Positions 1-11,051 of a stretch of 64,000 nucleotides of DNA are shown here, piece after piece. Position 1 is the stretch's first letter. The number at the start of each line of letters is the position of its first letter. Source of the DNA: Ostreococcus lucimarinus (Eukaryota); NCBI GenBank assembly GCA_000092065.1, contig CP000594.1. One strand, 5' to 3'. Below the pieces are notes generated by a model. That model saw nothing but the letters and a program-made list of their open reading frames with translations. It searched no databases and was not told the origin of the DNA. Made by a program: the position numbers and the translations under genes.

Positions 1-52
1 ATGAGACGCGCGATGGATGAATACTGACGATGAATACTTTTCACGCGCACAG

Positions 53-479
53 ATTCTCGATGTGCTTCACCCGGGTCGCGCCAACGTCGCCAAGGTGCGT
101 CCAACATCGTGACGGCTTGGGGTTTTTTGACCCTAAAATGCCCGCGCGAGCGACGCGGCTGACTCGAACGCGACGACTGACGATTGATTGGTGTTTAACG
201 ATGTAGGCTGAGCTCCAAGAGAAGTTAGCTAAGATGTACAACGTGTCCGATGAGAAGTGCGTGTCCATCTTCGGGTTTCGCACGGCGTTTGGTGGCGGTA
301 AGTCCACCGGGTTTGGTTTGATCTACGACAACCTCGACGCGTTCAAGAAGTTCGAACCGAAGCACCGCCTCATCCGCGCTGGCTTGAAGGATGCCGTCCA
401 AAAGTCCCGCAAGAACATCAAGGAGAAGAAGAACCGTGTCAAGAAGCTCCGTGGTGGCGCCAAGAACAAGGTTATGTAA
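53..479 (+). CDS. RPS24: 40S ribosomal protein S24 (eS24), partial. Exons 53..94 and 207..479, with the 5' exon(s) upstream of the window.
   Basis: Translation (Q)[14 protein letters not shown]|[60 protein letters not shown]...[17 protein letters not shown] matches eS24 along its length. Intron 95..206 has a GTGCGT donor, two CTGAC branch motifs and a TAG acceptor. Positions 20..52 look like the 3' end of an upstream intron (CTGAC, pyrimidine tract, CAG). Confidence 0.85.
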
Positions 480-863
480 ATCTTTTGGCTTGGTTCTCAG
501 AGTGTATGGGGGATGTGTAGGCGAGCGCGCCTTGAAATTAGTTTGGGCACAGCTGTGTGCGACATTAGAAGACGAAGCTTTTACGTAGCGATTGTACTCG
601 GCTGTTTCACGGCATCGAGTGATTGTAAAACGAGAGAAAGCTGTTTCGGATAAACTCAGCGCCGCGAATCCCGCAACTCGCGCGAGGCGCTTCGCGTCGC
701 GTCCGAGCGCTTTGAACATAGCGCAGATGAAGGATTTTCGAAACAAAATCAGTCTAATGATCACCTAGGCCCGTATATAACTATTGGAGGGTTTGTGGCG
801 CATTTTTTATTAGTGCGCCTCGCCCGAGCGCGTCTCTTGAGTTTCACTTCGCGCGCACGCCAG

Positions 864-2294
864 TTAGCTCAAGACGTTCATGCCCATCTCGAACGCTCTT
901 TCTTTCTCAAACGTCTCAAAGTATTGATAAATGATCGTGACCGCGAGCAAGATACCAGTACCAGAACCAATCGCACCGAAGAAGTCGGCCACGATCGTCA
1001 ACGCGCCGATGCACATACCGCCGAACGCCGCGGCGATGGGGATGTACCTGTTGAGCTCCTTTTCAATCTTGACGTCGCGATGACCTTTGATGATCATTTG
1101 TTGTTGCTTGAGCTGCTTGGCAACATCTCTGGCGGAAGAACCCGCGACTTCGATCCAAGTCTTAGAGAACAACGCGCAAGCGGAGAGCATGAAGGTGACG
1201 TAGAAGATGGCGTGCAGCGGATTTGCCGCGACGTCAGCCAAAGACGTCGGCGGCGAAATGTAATATACCAAACCACCAGTGGGGATGAGCTGACCATTGC
1301 TTTCGCTCTCGTGCCAGCGACCAAAGAGTTGGATGAAAAAGTTACCACCGTATCTCTTGTATAAGAGTTGGGAGATGAAGTACAAGTTTGACACCAAGGC
1401 AGACTGCAAGATGATCGGCATGTTGGACGTGTAAAAGAGCTTGATGGGATAGTTTTGCACGTAGCCGCGGTTTTGCTTGGATTGGATCGGCAAGTCGACG
1501 CGGAATCCTTGGAAATAGATGACGATGAGGAAGATAAGGATTGTCGACAGCAGATTGGTGATGTTTGGCAAGTTGGTGCGGTAGAACGCTTCCTTGAGCG
1601 CGCGAATCTTGTCCGTGCGCGTGAGCATCAAGTGGAAAAACGCGATGATCGCGCCCTCGAATTCGGTGCCTCGGCCGGTGTTCACCGTGGTCGGAGAGAA
1701 CGCCTTCCAGATGATCGATTCGCACTGATTCGTGGCGATGAACAGAGAGATCCCCGACCCTAAACCGTAGCCCTTTTGCAACAATTCGTCCAAGCAAATG
1801 ACGATTATTCCCGCAAAGAAGAGCTGAATGATGATGAGCAACGCGTTGCCCACCCCCAAGTCGCGCACATCACCGTAGATCCCGCTCACGACGTACGCCA
1901 CGGCCTCGCCGATGGTGATCAACACCCCGAGAAGTTTCTGCGCGCCGTTCAACAGCGCTCTATCTTCCTTGACGCTCTCGTCCACCTCGATGATCTTCGA
2001 CCCCGACAAGAGCTGAATCACCAGCCCCGACGTCACGATTGGCGATATCCCGAGCTCCATGCACGTCCCTCGATTGCTCGCCATGATCACCCGCGCCCAG
2101 TAGAACGGATCCGCTCCGCTCGCGGTGTTGATCCCGTACAGCGGCAGCTGCGAGCACACCAAGAACACGAACAACGCCACGCACGTGTAGAGCGTCTTTT
2201 CGCGAAACGGAATCTTGCGATCGGCCGCCTTGACTTCGGGCAGGAAGCCCAAGAAGGGGCGCACGAGGTGCAGCACGCGGAATCCGCTCGACAT
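864..2294 (-). CDS. SEC61A: Protein transport protein Sec61 alpha subunit (SecY family), single exon, 476 aa
   Basis: Near full-length identity in pattern to Sec61α: [75 protein letters not shown] at 2294 and TAA at 864 were verified. Confidence 0.95.
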   Translation of the reverse strand: MSSGFRVLHLVRPFLGFLPEVKAADRKIPFREKTLYTCVALFVFLVCSQLPLYGINTASGADPFYWARVIMASNRGTCMELGISPIVTSGLVIQLLSGSKIIEVDESVKEDRALLNGAQKLLGVLITIGEAVAYVVSGIYGDVRDLGVGNALLIIIQLFFAGIIVICLDELLQKGYGLGSGISLFIATNQCESIIWKAFSPTTVNTGRGTEFEGAIIAFFHLMLTRTDKIRALKEAFYRTNLPNITNLLSTILIFLIVIYFQGFRVDLPIQSKQNRGYVQNYPIKLFYTSNMPIILQSALVSNLYFISQLLYKRYGGNFFIQLFGRWHESESNGQLIPTGGLVYYISPPTSLADVAANPLHAIFYVTFMLSACALFSKTWIEVAGSSARDVAKQLKQQQMIIKGHRDVKIEKELNRYIPIAAAFGGMCIGALTIVADFFGAIGSGTGILLAVTIIYQYFETFEKERAFEMGMNVLS

Positions 2295-2615
2295 CGCGCG
2301 CGTGCGTTATCTCAACACCAGCGCGCGGCACTGCGGGGACGCACACGCACGAAATCGAAATCCACCCCACTCGAAATCGCCGCGCGCGCGCGCCGACGAC
2401 GCGACGCGGGCGCGGTCGATCCCCCGATGCGCGCGCGAGATCCCTCGATGCGCGCATTCGAGCGACGCGAAACGCCATCATTTACGCCTAAACCGATCAT
2501 GGACAAAAAAATGACGGAAAAATCGTAAACCCCGACAACGCGCGCGGGCGCGCGGGCGTTCGCGCGTTCGGCGCGCGCGGCGTCGCGGCACTGGCGGGCG
2601 TCGTCGTCGCGCGCG

Positions 2616-3512
2616 ATGGATGCGGAGGCGCGAGAGGTGTACGAAGAGATACGCGCGCTGGAGCGGGAGGCGTTGGAGAGGGTGAACGAAGCCCTCGATG
2701 ACGGGCGCGAAGACGCGGAAGCGTCGCGCGAAGACGCGCTGACGAGGGCCAAAGCGTGCGCGCTTCGAGTGCGAGCGCTGATTGAGGAATTGCGGGAAAT
2801 CGGTGACGACGCGGAGAGCGTGGACGCGCGACGAGCGATCGCGAGCGCGGTGAGCGAGCGGGAGTTGGCGTTAGAGAACACGCGGGCGATCATGAGACAC
2901 GCGGTGATCGAGGCGGCGTCGAAAGGGCGAGCGAGAGAAGCTCGAGAACGCGAGGCGCTGCTGACGGGACAGAGCGGGACGAGTCGACACGACGCGACGA
3001 AGGCCAGCGGCGCGGTGTCGATCGCGAGCGAAGCCACGGAGGGATTACGAAGGGCTCGACAAATGATGGCGACGGAGTTGGAGAAGGGCGAGAAGACGTT
3101 GGCGGCGATTACGGAATCGACTGCGACGATGGAGCGAACCGGAACAGAGTACTCAAACCAAACCACAAAGCTTAAATCAGGTCGCCGTTTGCTGACGACG
3201 ATCGAGAGGCAAACATTCATGGATAGAATCATCCTTTGGTTCGGGTTCACGGTCTTTTTGTTGGTCGTTATACACATTTTGTGGAAGCGAACGCCCGTGC
3301 TCGCGAGGTTTCATCCGCTGTACTACAAGTGGTCTTCAAAGACCGCGGCTGTGGCACCGGTCCTCGGTGATTCTTCCAAAGAATCGGCGCATTCGTTCGA
3401 AATTACTCAGCATCCGTCCGATGGTGCGGTGAGCGGGGAATCTGGTGTCGGTGAGGAAGACGACCCTTACAAGATCGGCGTCGAGACGCGTCGCGGCGAC
3501 GGCGAACTTTAG
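2616..3512 (+). CDS. Sec20/BNIP1-like tail-anchored SNARE, coiled-coil protein with a C-terminal TM helix
   Basis: N-terminal coiled coil, then ...KSGRRLLTTIERQTFMDRIILWFGFTVFLLVVIHILW, a Sec20-like C-terminal motif plus a single TM anchor. ATG verified at 2616. Confidence 0.5.
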   Translation: MDAEAREVYEEIRALEREALERVNEALDDGREDAEASREDALTRAKACALRVRALIEELREIGDDAESVDARRAIASAVSERELALENTRAIMRHAVIEAASKGRAREAREREALLTGQSGTSRHDATKASGAVSIASEATEGLRRARQMMATELEKGEKTLAAITESTATMERTGTEYSNQTTKLKSGRRLLTTIERQTFMDRIILWFGFTVFLLVVIHILWKRTPVLARFHPLYYKWSSKTAAVAPVLGDSSKESAHSFEITQHPSDGAVSGESGVGEEDDPYKIGVETRRGDGEL

Positions 3513-3571
3513 ACATTTAGCGTCGTTTTAGTCGTGTAAATTACATATTAGCGTAAAGAATCGCGCGCCGT

Positions 3572-4348
3572 TCATTGCGGCGGCGGAACACCTCGGCGCT
3601 TGCGCGGTCGATTCGCTTCGAGAACGCGCTGCTCAGCGGCGCGTTCCTCCTCGGGCGTCAACTTTTCCTTCGTCGCCCACGGGTGGTTTGCAGGAATCTC
3701 CGCCTCGGAGAGGGACTTTTCAAAGTTATCGTTCCCGGCCGCGGAGGCTCGACGACGCTCGCGCGCCGCCAATATTTGTTCCTCCGTCAGTTCGGGCATC
3801 TCCACCGTTCGCACGGATTTCATCATGCCCTTGAAGAACTTTTCCTCGTCCACCTCTCGGTTTTCGTCCAACATCCCGCGCTCCTCCAAATCTCCGAGCG
3901 ATCCTTTGCTACCACTACGTCGCCCGAATAAGAGTTTTTTCAAAATCAACAGCGCCAACGCTCCTCCGGCGTACACCACCGGTCGAGGCGCTTGCTCCAA
4001 CGCGCGCGGTATCCCCTCCGGCACGTCCACGGCCACCGAACCAATCTTCAGCGTCCTCGTCCCCTCCGTCGGCGGTTTCAAGTGCTTCGAGCTCTTCTTC
4101 CCCGACGTCTTCGCGTTCTTCCCATCGCTCTTCCCTCGCTTGACGTTCTTTTTATTCTTTTTATCGTTCGCGTTCACCGCCGCGCTTTTCCGCGCGCGCG
4201 TCACGATCGCTTCACCGCGACCGTGGGTTCGGCGCCCGCGCGCGCGTTTTGAAGTCGAGCTCGAGCTCGAGCTCGACGACGGCCGCGCCGCGTTCGGCGC
4301 GCGCGCCGAGCCCACCATCGCGACGCTCGCGCGCATTACCATCATCAT
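3572..4348 (-). CDS. Hypothetical Lys-rich protein with a transit-peptide-like N-terminus and one TM helix (258 aa from the first ATG)
   Basis: Long ORF 3572..4942. The region upstream of MMMVMRASVAMVGSARAPNA is Arg-rich and looks like artefact, so the start was set at ATG 4348. The N-terminus is Ser/Ala/Arg-rich and organellar-presequence-like. Hydrophobic helix GGALALLILKKLLFG, acidic C-terminus. Confidence 0.45.
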   Translation of the reverse strand: MMMVMRASVAMVGSARAPNAARPSSSSSSSSTSKRARGRRTHGRGEAIVTRARKSAAVNANDKKNKKNVKRGKSDGKNAKTSGKKSSKHLKPPTEGTRTLKIGSVAVDVPEGIPRALEQAPRPVVYAGGALALLILKKLLFGRRSGSKGSLGDLEERGMLDENREVDEEKFFKGMMKSVRTVEMPELTEEQILAARERRRASAAGNDNFEKSLSEAEIPANHPWATKEKLTPEEERAAEQRVLEANRPRKRRGVPPPQ

Positions 4349-4825
4349 CACGCGACGTCGCGACCGTCGCGCGCCCGTCCGATCGCGTCGCGATGCGCCG
4401 TCGACGCGCGCGTCGCGATCGAGCGCCTTCGCGCCGTCGCGCCTTCGCGCGTCCGAATGTCCGAGCTGTCGCGCCGCGTTTGAACGCGTCGCGTGCGGGC
4501 GTCGGTTTCGCGATCGCGACGCGATATTTGAGATTTGAGATTCGAAACGCGTACACCGGCGGTTCGGAGCGCCATGTGGCACGATTCGAGTCGCCGACGT
4601 CGCGCGCGCGCCGTCCGCCGTCCGTCCGCGCGTCCGCGCGTCCGTCCGTCGTCGCGCGCGCGCGCGACGGTGCGAACGACGCGCGGGCGACGGTGCGCGC
4701 ACAGCGCGACGCGACGCGCGCGCGCACGGCGACGGCGAGGAAGACGCGAACGCGAACGCTCGAGACGCCCCGCGCGCGCGGAGGCGAGGCGACGGCGAGG
4801 AAGACGCGGACGCGACGCGAACGCG

Positions 4826-7006
4826 ATGGCGACGACGGCGACGGGCGACGACGGGCGATGGGAAATTGGCGGGAACTTTGACCGCGACGACGGCGCGGGA
4901 CGGGCGCGAAGCGCGATCGAATCGAACCGCTCGAGCGCGCAAACGCGCGATGGATCGCTCGCGCGCAAGCGCGCGACGGAAAGCTCGCCGACGAACGTCC
5001 TGAGCGCGGGCTCGTGCGCGAGCTCCGAGACGAGCGAAGATGGCGATCGGGACGGGCTCGATCGGGGAGGCGAGGAGACTCGGAAGTTTGGCGCGCGTAA
5101 CGTGGCGGTGACGACGGAGTCGTTCGAGTCGAAGGGCGACAAACGCGAGGCGAGGTCACGGGATGGGAGATTGATGCGCCCGATAGCGCCGAGCGCGGAG
5201 AACGACGGGTTGCAAAAGCGCGTGAGCGAGCTGCGAACCGCCTTGAGAACGGCGGAACAAGTGCTAGATAGAACGCAAAATCGATTAGAACTCGCGGAGG
5301 GGGCGAAACGAGCGGCGGAAGCTGAATCGGCCACTTTACGCGCGCGCGTTTGGTCGCTCGAAGGCGCTGAAACGCTGGCGAAGGGCGCCGAGAGCGGTGG
5401 TTCTCTCGACTCTTTGCGAGGACGGCTGCTGAAGGAAGCGACGGTTGAACTCTCGTACGCCGTAAAGATGACTTCTGCGGCCGATCGTAAGGTTCAGATC
5501 CTTCGCCAGGACTGCAAAAAATTACAAGACACTGTCGCCGCGCTTTCCGCGGCTTCTGCGGCTGAACACGCTACGCTATCGATGGAACTGGAGCAAGCGC
5601 GAATGCGCATTCGCTCGGACGCTCGCGAAATCGCCTCGCTCACGGATAGAATGAGACACGCCGAAGCGAACTCCGATCGATTGTGCGGGGCGGATGAATC
5701 AGCAAATAAAGCCATATGTCAGTATCAGGCGGCCGAGAAGGAGGCCCAGCAAGCGAAAGAATCTTTGGCGGAGACGATGCGCCACAACGAATTTCTGCAA
5801 GGACGCGTGAACGAGCTCGAAGAGATGGTCAAGTCTGACGGCACTGCACACTACGATCAAGAATTACGTCGCGTGCGAGAGCATTTGGGTAATGAAATCG
5901 CGCGACTGAACGCAGATTTGAAGCAGGAACGCTCTGGTCGAAAGGCGTTGGAGGTTGAATTGCGCGGCGCGATACAAACCGACACTCCAAAGCGCATCGG
6001 TTCGACAGAGGACGCCGAGCTTGACGCGGAAAGATCGAAGAACGCGGCATTGGTGATAGAAATCGGAGAGTTGAAAGCGCGACTTGAACAAACTCACAGT
6101 CACAGTGGGTCTCCGCGTAAAGATGACTGGTCCAATGCCCTGGGCCTTGGCGGTGACGAGGAGGACGACGACGGGTCCGTCGAAGCGCTGAGTCCTTCAG
6201 GGACGCCGTCTCGAGTACGCGACGCCTTGTTGGCCGCTGCTCGTCTCGAGGTCCAGAAGCTTGGTGAAATGAATCGTAAGCTCGTGCAAGCGAAGCTCGC
6301 GGCGGAAAATGAAAGCATTTCCAAGGCAGAATACGAAGCGGCGCTCACGCGACACAACGAAGCGTGGGCCTCCAAGGTCGCAGAAATCGAATTGGAAGTC
6401 ACGAAAACCAAAGAACAGCTGGCGACGATGCAAATTCAAAACGAAATACTCTCCAGAGAGGTCGAAACGAGCCGACTGGAGTTGGATGAGACGAAAATCG
6501 CCAATCGCGAGCTCGAGTCGTCCCTTGTGTCTCGAACCTCGAACCAACAACAAACGACGGATGAAGGAAGCTGGTTGAAGTTACTCCCGAGAAGGCACTC
6601 CAGCCCAGGCGTTTGTACTCAGCAAGATAATAATTTAGTGTGCTTGGGATCATGGGCGAGTTTAGCGGGCATGGACAACAGCAGTGATGATGATCTGTGC
6701 CGCTTGGAGGAGAATGACGTCGCCGAAGAAGCGACGCAAGAGTCCATTGAACAACCTTCTCGCAAGCAATTGCTGGAGGAGAAATCTCGAAACATCCGTG
6801 AAAGGTTAGCTTCGAGACGGATTAAGCCACCTCTAAGCCCGTTGAAGTTATCGGAACAAGCCATGGAACGATCTATTCGTGAAGGTAGACTGGCCATGGA
6901 AGCCATGAAGGCGTCGAGATCGTCTTTACTTCGCGCTTCGACGTCGTCTCTCAGGAAAGTGCTCTCTAATACGAGTACGATAGATAGACGCGATGGCGAA
7001 TGTTAA
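4826..7006 (+). CDS. Long coiled-coil protein (726 aa), function unknown
   Basis: Continuous ORF. Upstream of ATG 4826 the frame is poly-Arg junk. From about 5160 the protein is heptad-rich (LQKRVSELRTALRTAEQVLDRTQNRLELAEGAKRAAEAE...) with SMC/myosin-tail-like composition. Confidence 0.55.
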   Translation: MATTATGDDGRWEIGGNFDRDDGAGRARSAIESNRSSAQTRDGSLARKRATESSPTNVLSAGSCASSETSEDGDRDGLDRGGEETRKFGARNVAVTTESFESKGDKREARSRDGRLMRPIAPSAENDGLQKRVSELRTALRTAEQVLDRTQNRLELAEGAKRAAEAESATLRARVWSLEGAETLAKGAESGGSLDSLRGRLLKEATVELSYAVKMTSAADRKVQILRQDCKKLQDTVAALSAASAAEHATLSMELEQARMRIRSDAREIASLTDRMRHAEANSDRLCGADESANKAICQYQAAEKEAQQAKESLAETMRHNEFLQGRVNELEEMVKSDGTAHYDQELRRVREHLGNEIARLNADLKQERSGRKALEVELRGAIQTDTPKRIGSTEDAELDAERSKNAALVIEIGELKARLEQTHSHSGSPRKDDWSNALGLGGDEEDDDGSVEALSPSGTPSRVRDALLAAARLEVQKLGEMNRKLVQAKLAAENESISKAEYEAALTRHNEAWASKVAEIELEVTKTKEQLATMQIQNEILSREVETSRLELDETKIANRELESSLVSRTSNQQQTTDEGSWLKLLPRRHSSPGVCTQQDNNLVCLGSWASLAGMDNSSDDDLCRLEENDVAEEATQESIEQPSRKQLLEEKSRNIRERLASRRIKPPLSPLKLSEQAMERSIREGRLAMEAMKASRSSLLRASTSSLRKVLSNTSTIDRRDGEC

Positions 7007-7052
7007 AACTTGATGTAAGATATATATACAACATGCCTACATGCTATCACTT

Positions 7053-8645
7053 CTAATATTCCACTCCTCGTTCTTGTGGCGTGAGCAACGTTCCGGCTCG
7101 CATACCGTACGTATCAACAATTTGTTCCTCGCGAGTTCTGAATTCCCACAAGTCTTCCAACTTTGGCCCAAGATCTTTGATGTCGAGCCATTTTTGATCC
7201 AACTTCATCGGTGCTCGCTGTGTCTTCAGTACCACCTTTTCAGGAATCTTGAGAACATTGGGGTACACTCGCTCGTCGCGCGGGATTGTTCGACTAACTT
7301 TCGCCGCCGCCTTGGCGTGAATGTGTGCTTCCGTCAGACGTCTGATTTCGTCCGGATCAGTTACGCCTAAAGTTGCCATATGATCGATCAATTCTGCTTC
7401 GACGTCGAAATCGTCCTCGACCGCCGTGTTTACCGGTTCCCAAACCGCTTCCTCTTGTCCGTCGTTGATGTTCACTTGCGGCACGCTCGATGGGACGTCA
7501 TCAGGCGTCGCTACCTTCGCTCGCGATGGCGTGGCGGCTCTGTCTTTCCTCAGAGCAGAGATCTGAAGCGCTCCTTCGAATATTTGAGGAGGAGTTTGCG
7601 GCGTGCACACCAAGAGTCGGTCGTTCGAAGATACCAAATAATCGCACGTCAGGCAGGCCGAGACGAGCTCGTGCGACGCCACTGTGGACCAATCCTTCGT
7701 GTCGAAAAGTTGCACCGTTCCCTTTCCGATAGTTTCCCCTATCTCTTGCGTACCTAAAGCGAGGATGGCTTCGTCAGCACGGAACGACAGGCAAGTGATA
7801 GCTAATCCTTCGTTATGATCCAACACCTTTTCCAAACGAGCGCTCGCTGCTTCGGTGTTCACACGCCAAACGTGCAAGCATCCATCAGAAGACCCAGCGG
7901 CTACAGTGATATCAGGATCTTTCTGCGTTACTGCTAACGACACGACGTACTTCAGCTGTTCAGATGCGAGTCTGTGCATCATTCGCAACCGAGGCCCGTC
8001 TGCTGCGACACTCCAAATTCTCACCACACCGTCTCTTCCGGCAGAGACGAGCGTACGATTCCCCGAAAGCGCAACGCATCGCACTAAGCCATCGTGCGCA
8101 GTTGTCATACTTGCCACTCGTCGCCCGTCGTCCAAAGCCCAGACCGCTAAGCTTCCATCTTCAGTTCCAGTTGCTGTAATGCTTCCATCCACGCTCACTG
8201 CTAAGCTCGTCACGGGCGCGCTGTGCTTCCCAAGAAGATACACCAAACTAGGCTCGGACTCGCTCTGGGGCAGCGACGTGAAGAGCAAATTTTGTGACTC
8301 CGCCTGGACGACAAGTATGGCCCCCGGTTGGCCTGGGATGAAAGCGAATTGCCACCACGGGCGTCCAGTCGGCGTCGCCACGCCGTCCTTGGCTGTTTGA
8401 AATTGGAACCGCCTGACTTTGCTATCGCCTTGCGTCACCCTGATCGTGCGCAACACCCCCATGTGTTCGATGACGGCGACTAAAGTGCAATCGTTCGGGT
8501 CACCGTGTCCACCGTCGTACAGTTTCCCATCTCTCACCTCCTTCGACGCGTCCTCGAGCACCGGTGCGCCTCGCAGCCCAGCGGCATGTCTCGGCGATGC
8601 GTCGTCCGCGTCGAGCGGTAGCGCGACGAGCTTGAGCCTAGACAT
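7053..8645 (-). CDS. WD40-repeat protein (530 aa) with a C-terminal α-helical domain
   Basis: Multiple WD-like units (SGNRTLVSAGRDGVVRIWSV, AAGSSDGCLHVWRV, GSITATGTEDGSLAVWAL). ATG 8645 verified. The stop at 7053 is convergent with the upstream gene, 46 bp away. Confidence 0.7.
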   Translation of the reverse strand: MSRLKLVALPLDADDASPRHAAGLRGAPVLEDASKEVRDGKLYDGGHGDPNDCTLVAVIEHMGVLRTIRVTQGDSKVRRFQFQTAKDGVATPTGRPWWQFAFIPGQPGAILVVQAESQNLLFTSLPQSESEPSLVYLLGKHSAPVTSLAVSVDGSITATGTEDGSLAVWALDDGRRVASMTTAHDGLVRCVALSGNRTLVSAGRDGVVRIWSVAADGPRLRMMHRLASEQLKYVVSLAVTQKDPDITVAAGSSDGCLHVWRVNTEAASARLEKVLDHNEGLAITCLSFRADEAILALGTQEIGETIGKGTVQLFDTKDWSTVASHELVSACLTCDYLVSSNDRLLVCTPQTPPQIFEGALQISALRKDRAATPSRAKVATPDDVPSSVPQVNINDGQEEAVWEPVNTAVEDDFDVEAELIDHMATLGVTDPDEIRRLTEAHIHAKAAAKVSRTIPRDERVYPNVLKIPEKVVLKTQRAPMKLDQKWLDIKDLGPKLEDLWEFRTREEQIVDTYGMRAGTLLTPQERGVEY

Positions 8646-8801
8646 CGTCTACCGCGCGCGAAGACGTTTGCGAGCGCGTTTTCGACCACGTTCGAGTTCG
8701 AGCGCGCCGCCGAGTGCGGTGCTCGTCGCCCGAGCGTCGTCGAGGCCCTTCGATTCAAAACGCCCACACTCTCGCGCGCTCGTTTCGATAACTACCAAAC
8801 C

Positions 8802-10346
8802 ATGGCGACGTTCGCTCGGGCGCTCGGATGCGAGCCGACGGCGATTCGGGAGCGCAACGAAATGAATACGCGACGTCCATCGCGTTCATCCGTCTCGCAT
8901 CGCGGGCGACGCGTCATCGCCGCGGCGCAGGCCCCGGACGGAACTGAGCTCGCGCGCGTGCTCGAGGTGCGTGCGCTCGACGAGTTCGTCGCGCTCGACT
9001 GACGCTCGCGAATTTTCTAGGTGGCCGTGGGCGCGGCGAAGGAGGGTGGAATCATCATGGCTCGAAAAGTCGGCGCAGATGTGATTAAAACCAAAGTGAA
9101 CGCGCGTGACTTGCTCACAGAGGTGGACGGAGAGGTGCAGCGCATCATAGAGACGCGCGTGGCTGAGGCTTTCCCAGAACACGGATTTTTGGTGAGTACT
9201 GCGCGAGCGAAGGCAACGGTATGAAACTCACGATGGACGTAGGGTGAAGAAAGCGTCGCGGCGGGCAAAGACGCGAGCGCGGACGCGCTGAGAGACGTCC
9301 TGCGACAAGGTAAGCTGTGCGCGACTCAGGGATTCGTGGGAATAATTTAATTAATTTTTTATATATAATAAACGAGTGTCGACGAGCGAGTGCGCACGCG
9401 ACTGACGATTCATCGCATTTACAGGACCGAACTGGCTTTGGATTGTCGATCCCATCGACGGCACGACGAACTTCGTGCACGGCATGCCATTATCCGCGAT
9501 TTCTATTGGCGTGGCGTACAAAGGGTGAGTATTAAATGATTTCCCGTCGGTTGTTTCACGCGCAAACGTCGCTCGCACGTGGCCTTTCGAGGCGCTGGTT
9601 TCACACGCGTACTGACAATAATTCATAAAACAGGGAATTACAAGCGGCTGTGATTTTAGATCCGTTCCGAGACGAATGCTTCACCGCTACGCTCGGTGGT
9701 GGCGCTAAATTAAATGGTTCGCCCATGAAGGTGGGAGAGGAGAGTACTGCGTTGGAAGCAGTCGTCGTCACTGGATACGCACCCACGGATGCATCGACAG
9801 ATGTCATGCTCAAAGGGATGACAGGTAAACACGCGCTCGCGCGTCGTTAACGTCGAAAATTGATTTCGTGACAAAATATTCTGACCAATTAATTATTTCG
9901 CTCGCAGCGCTGGCGAATTTACCCGTTCGTACGATCCGCATGTTAGGAAGTGCAGCCATCATGCTTGCGTGGGTGGCTTGTGGAAGGGTAACGGCGTACT
10001 TCGAGGCTGATTTGAATAGCTGGGACACCGCAGGTGGAGCTTTGTTGGTGGGTATTTCTATTAATTTAATTCACCAGAATTTAATTAGTTCTCGATGCAG
10101 ATCAGAGAAGCGGGCGGGCAAATGACGAACTTGGTCGGCGAGGAGTACGGTACGTCAGATAAAAAATCGAGCGATCGAAATACGACGGTATTGCGAACTT
10201 ACGCGCGGTCCACGCGATCGAAGATAACTGGACTGATTAAATAAATTCTTGTGCGCACAGACTTGACCACGCGCCCCATTTTAGCGAGCAACAGGGCGAC
10301 GCACGCAGAGCTCTTAGCTTGCCTGATGGTTTCTCTACGCCATTGA
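8802..10346 (+). CDS. Inositol-monophosphatase family protein with organellar (plastid-like) presequence, 8 exons: join(8802..8966,9021..9191,9243..9309,9425..9524,9634..9824,9908..10047,10101..10149,10261..10346)
   Basis: The spliced product contains canonical IMPase motifs: ...[21 protein letters not shown]..., [55 protein letters not shown]. Every junction keeps the reading frame. Donors are GTGCGT, GTGAGT, GTAAGC, GTAAAC, GTGGGT and GTACGT; most introns carry CTGAC 20–30 nt before the AG. Exon 1 is a Ser/Arg-rich presequence. Confidence 0.85.
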
Positions 10347-10400
10347 ATAATTCACTACACTTTCTACAATCTATATCGCGTTCTATGCATTCGCGCACCG

Positions 10401-10814
10401 TTACTCACGCGCAGGCGCTTTCTTCTTTGTCCGTATGCCGAACGCCTCGAGGTCTTGCGTTGGTTTGTTCGCTCGACCTTTTAGCTGCGGAGGTAGGAGC
10501 GTGTTGATCTTGCCTAAAGACTTCGAATACTTCTGTTGCGCCGGTCGTGGATTCAGTGCGGGCGTCGGCGCGGTGCGTTTCGTTCCAATCGTCGTCGGCG
10601 CTCCAGCCGCCGCCCGTGTTGAGCTCAATTCCCGCTCAACCGTCTCGGCCTCGTTTGAAAACATCGCCGCCGCGGACGGTAGCCCCCCGGTCGGCTTCAC
10701 GCTCTTCACTGCCAGCACCGCGCTCTGGTCTTCCTCGGCGACGCCCTTCCCGACGCCCTCCGCGACGTCGGTGTCGGCGTCGTCGTCCGACGACGAGTAG
10801 TCCAGTCCGAGCAT
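10401..10814 (-). CDS. Hypothetical small acidic/proline-rich protein (137 aa)
   Basis: ATG at 10814 verified. Composition is protein-like (MLGLDYSSSDDDADTDV...AQQKYSKSLGKINTLLPPQLKG...TKKKAPARE), unlike the overlapping Arg-rich ORFs. No recognisable domain. Confidence 0.35.
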   Translation of the reverse strand: MLGLDYSSSDDDADTDVAEGVGKGVAEEDQSAVLAVKSVKPTGGLPSAAAMFSNEAETVERELSSTRAAAGAPTTIGTKRTAPTPALNPRPAQQKYSKSLGKINTLLPPQLKGRANKPTQDLEAFGIRTKKKAPARE

Positions 10815-11051
10815 GTTCGCGCGCCGCGGACGCTACGCGAAGACTCCGCGGCCGTGGCGTTTGTCTGCGCGAGCAGATGAGCGCGCTGCCCCTGGTCGTT
10901 GCCCAGACTCACGCCGAGCGCGCCTCGAGCGCGCGTCGATGTGCGCACACGCGCCTGACTGACGACGACGACGTCGACGTTCCTCGACACACCGACGCGT
11001 GCGCGAGCTCAAGCGCGCGACCGAACCGGACCAAAACCCCGACGCAGGGTG

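Noticed and set aside
8802-9002. Stand-alone 66-aa ORF upstream of the IMPase ORF
   Set aside because: It is exon 1 (the transit peptide) of the IMPase gene, joined by a 54-nt GTGCGT...CTGAC...TAG intron.
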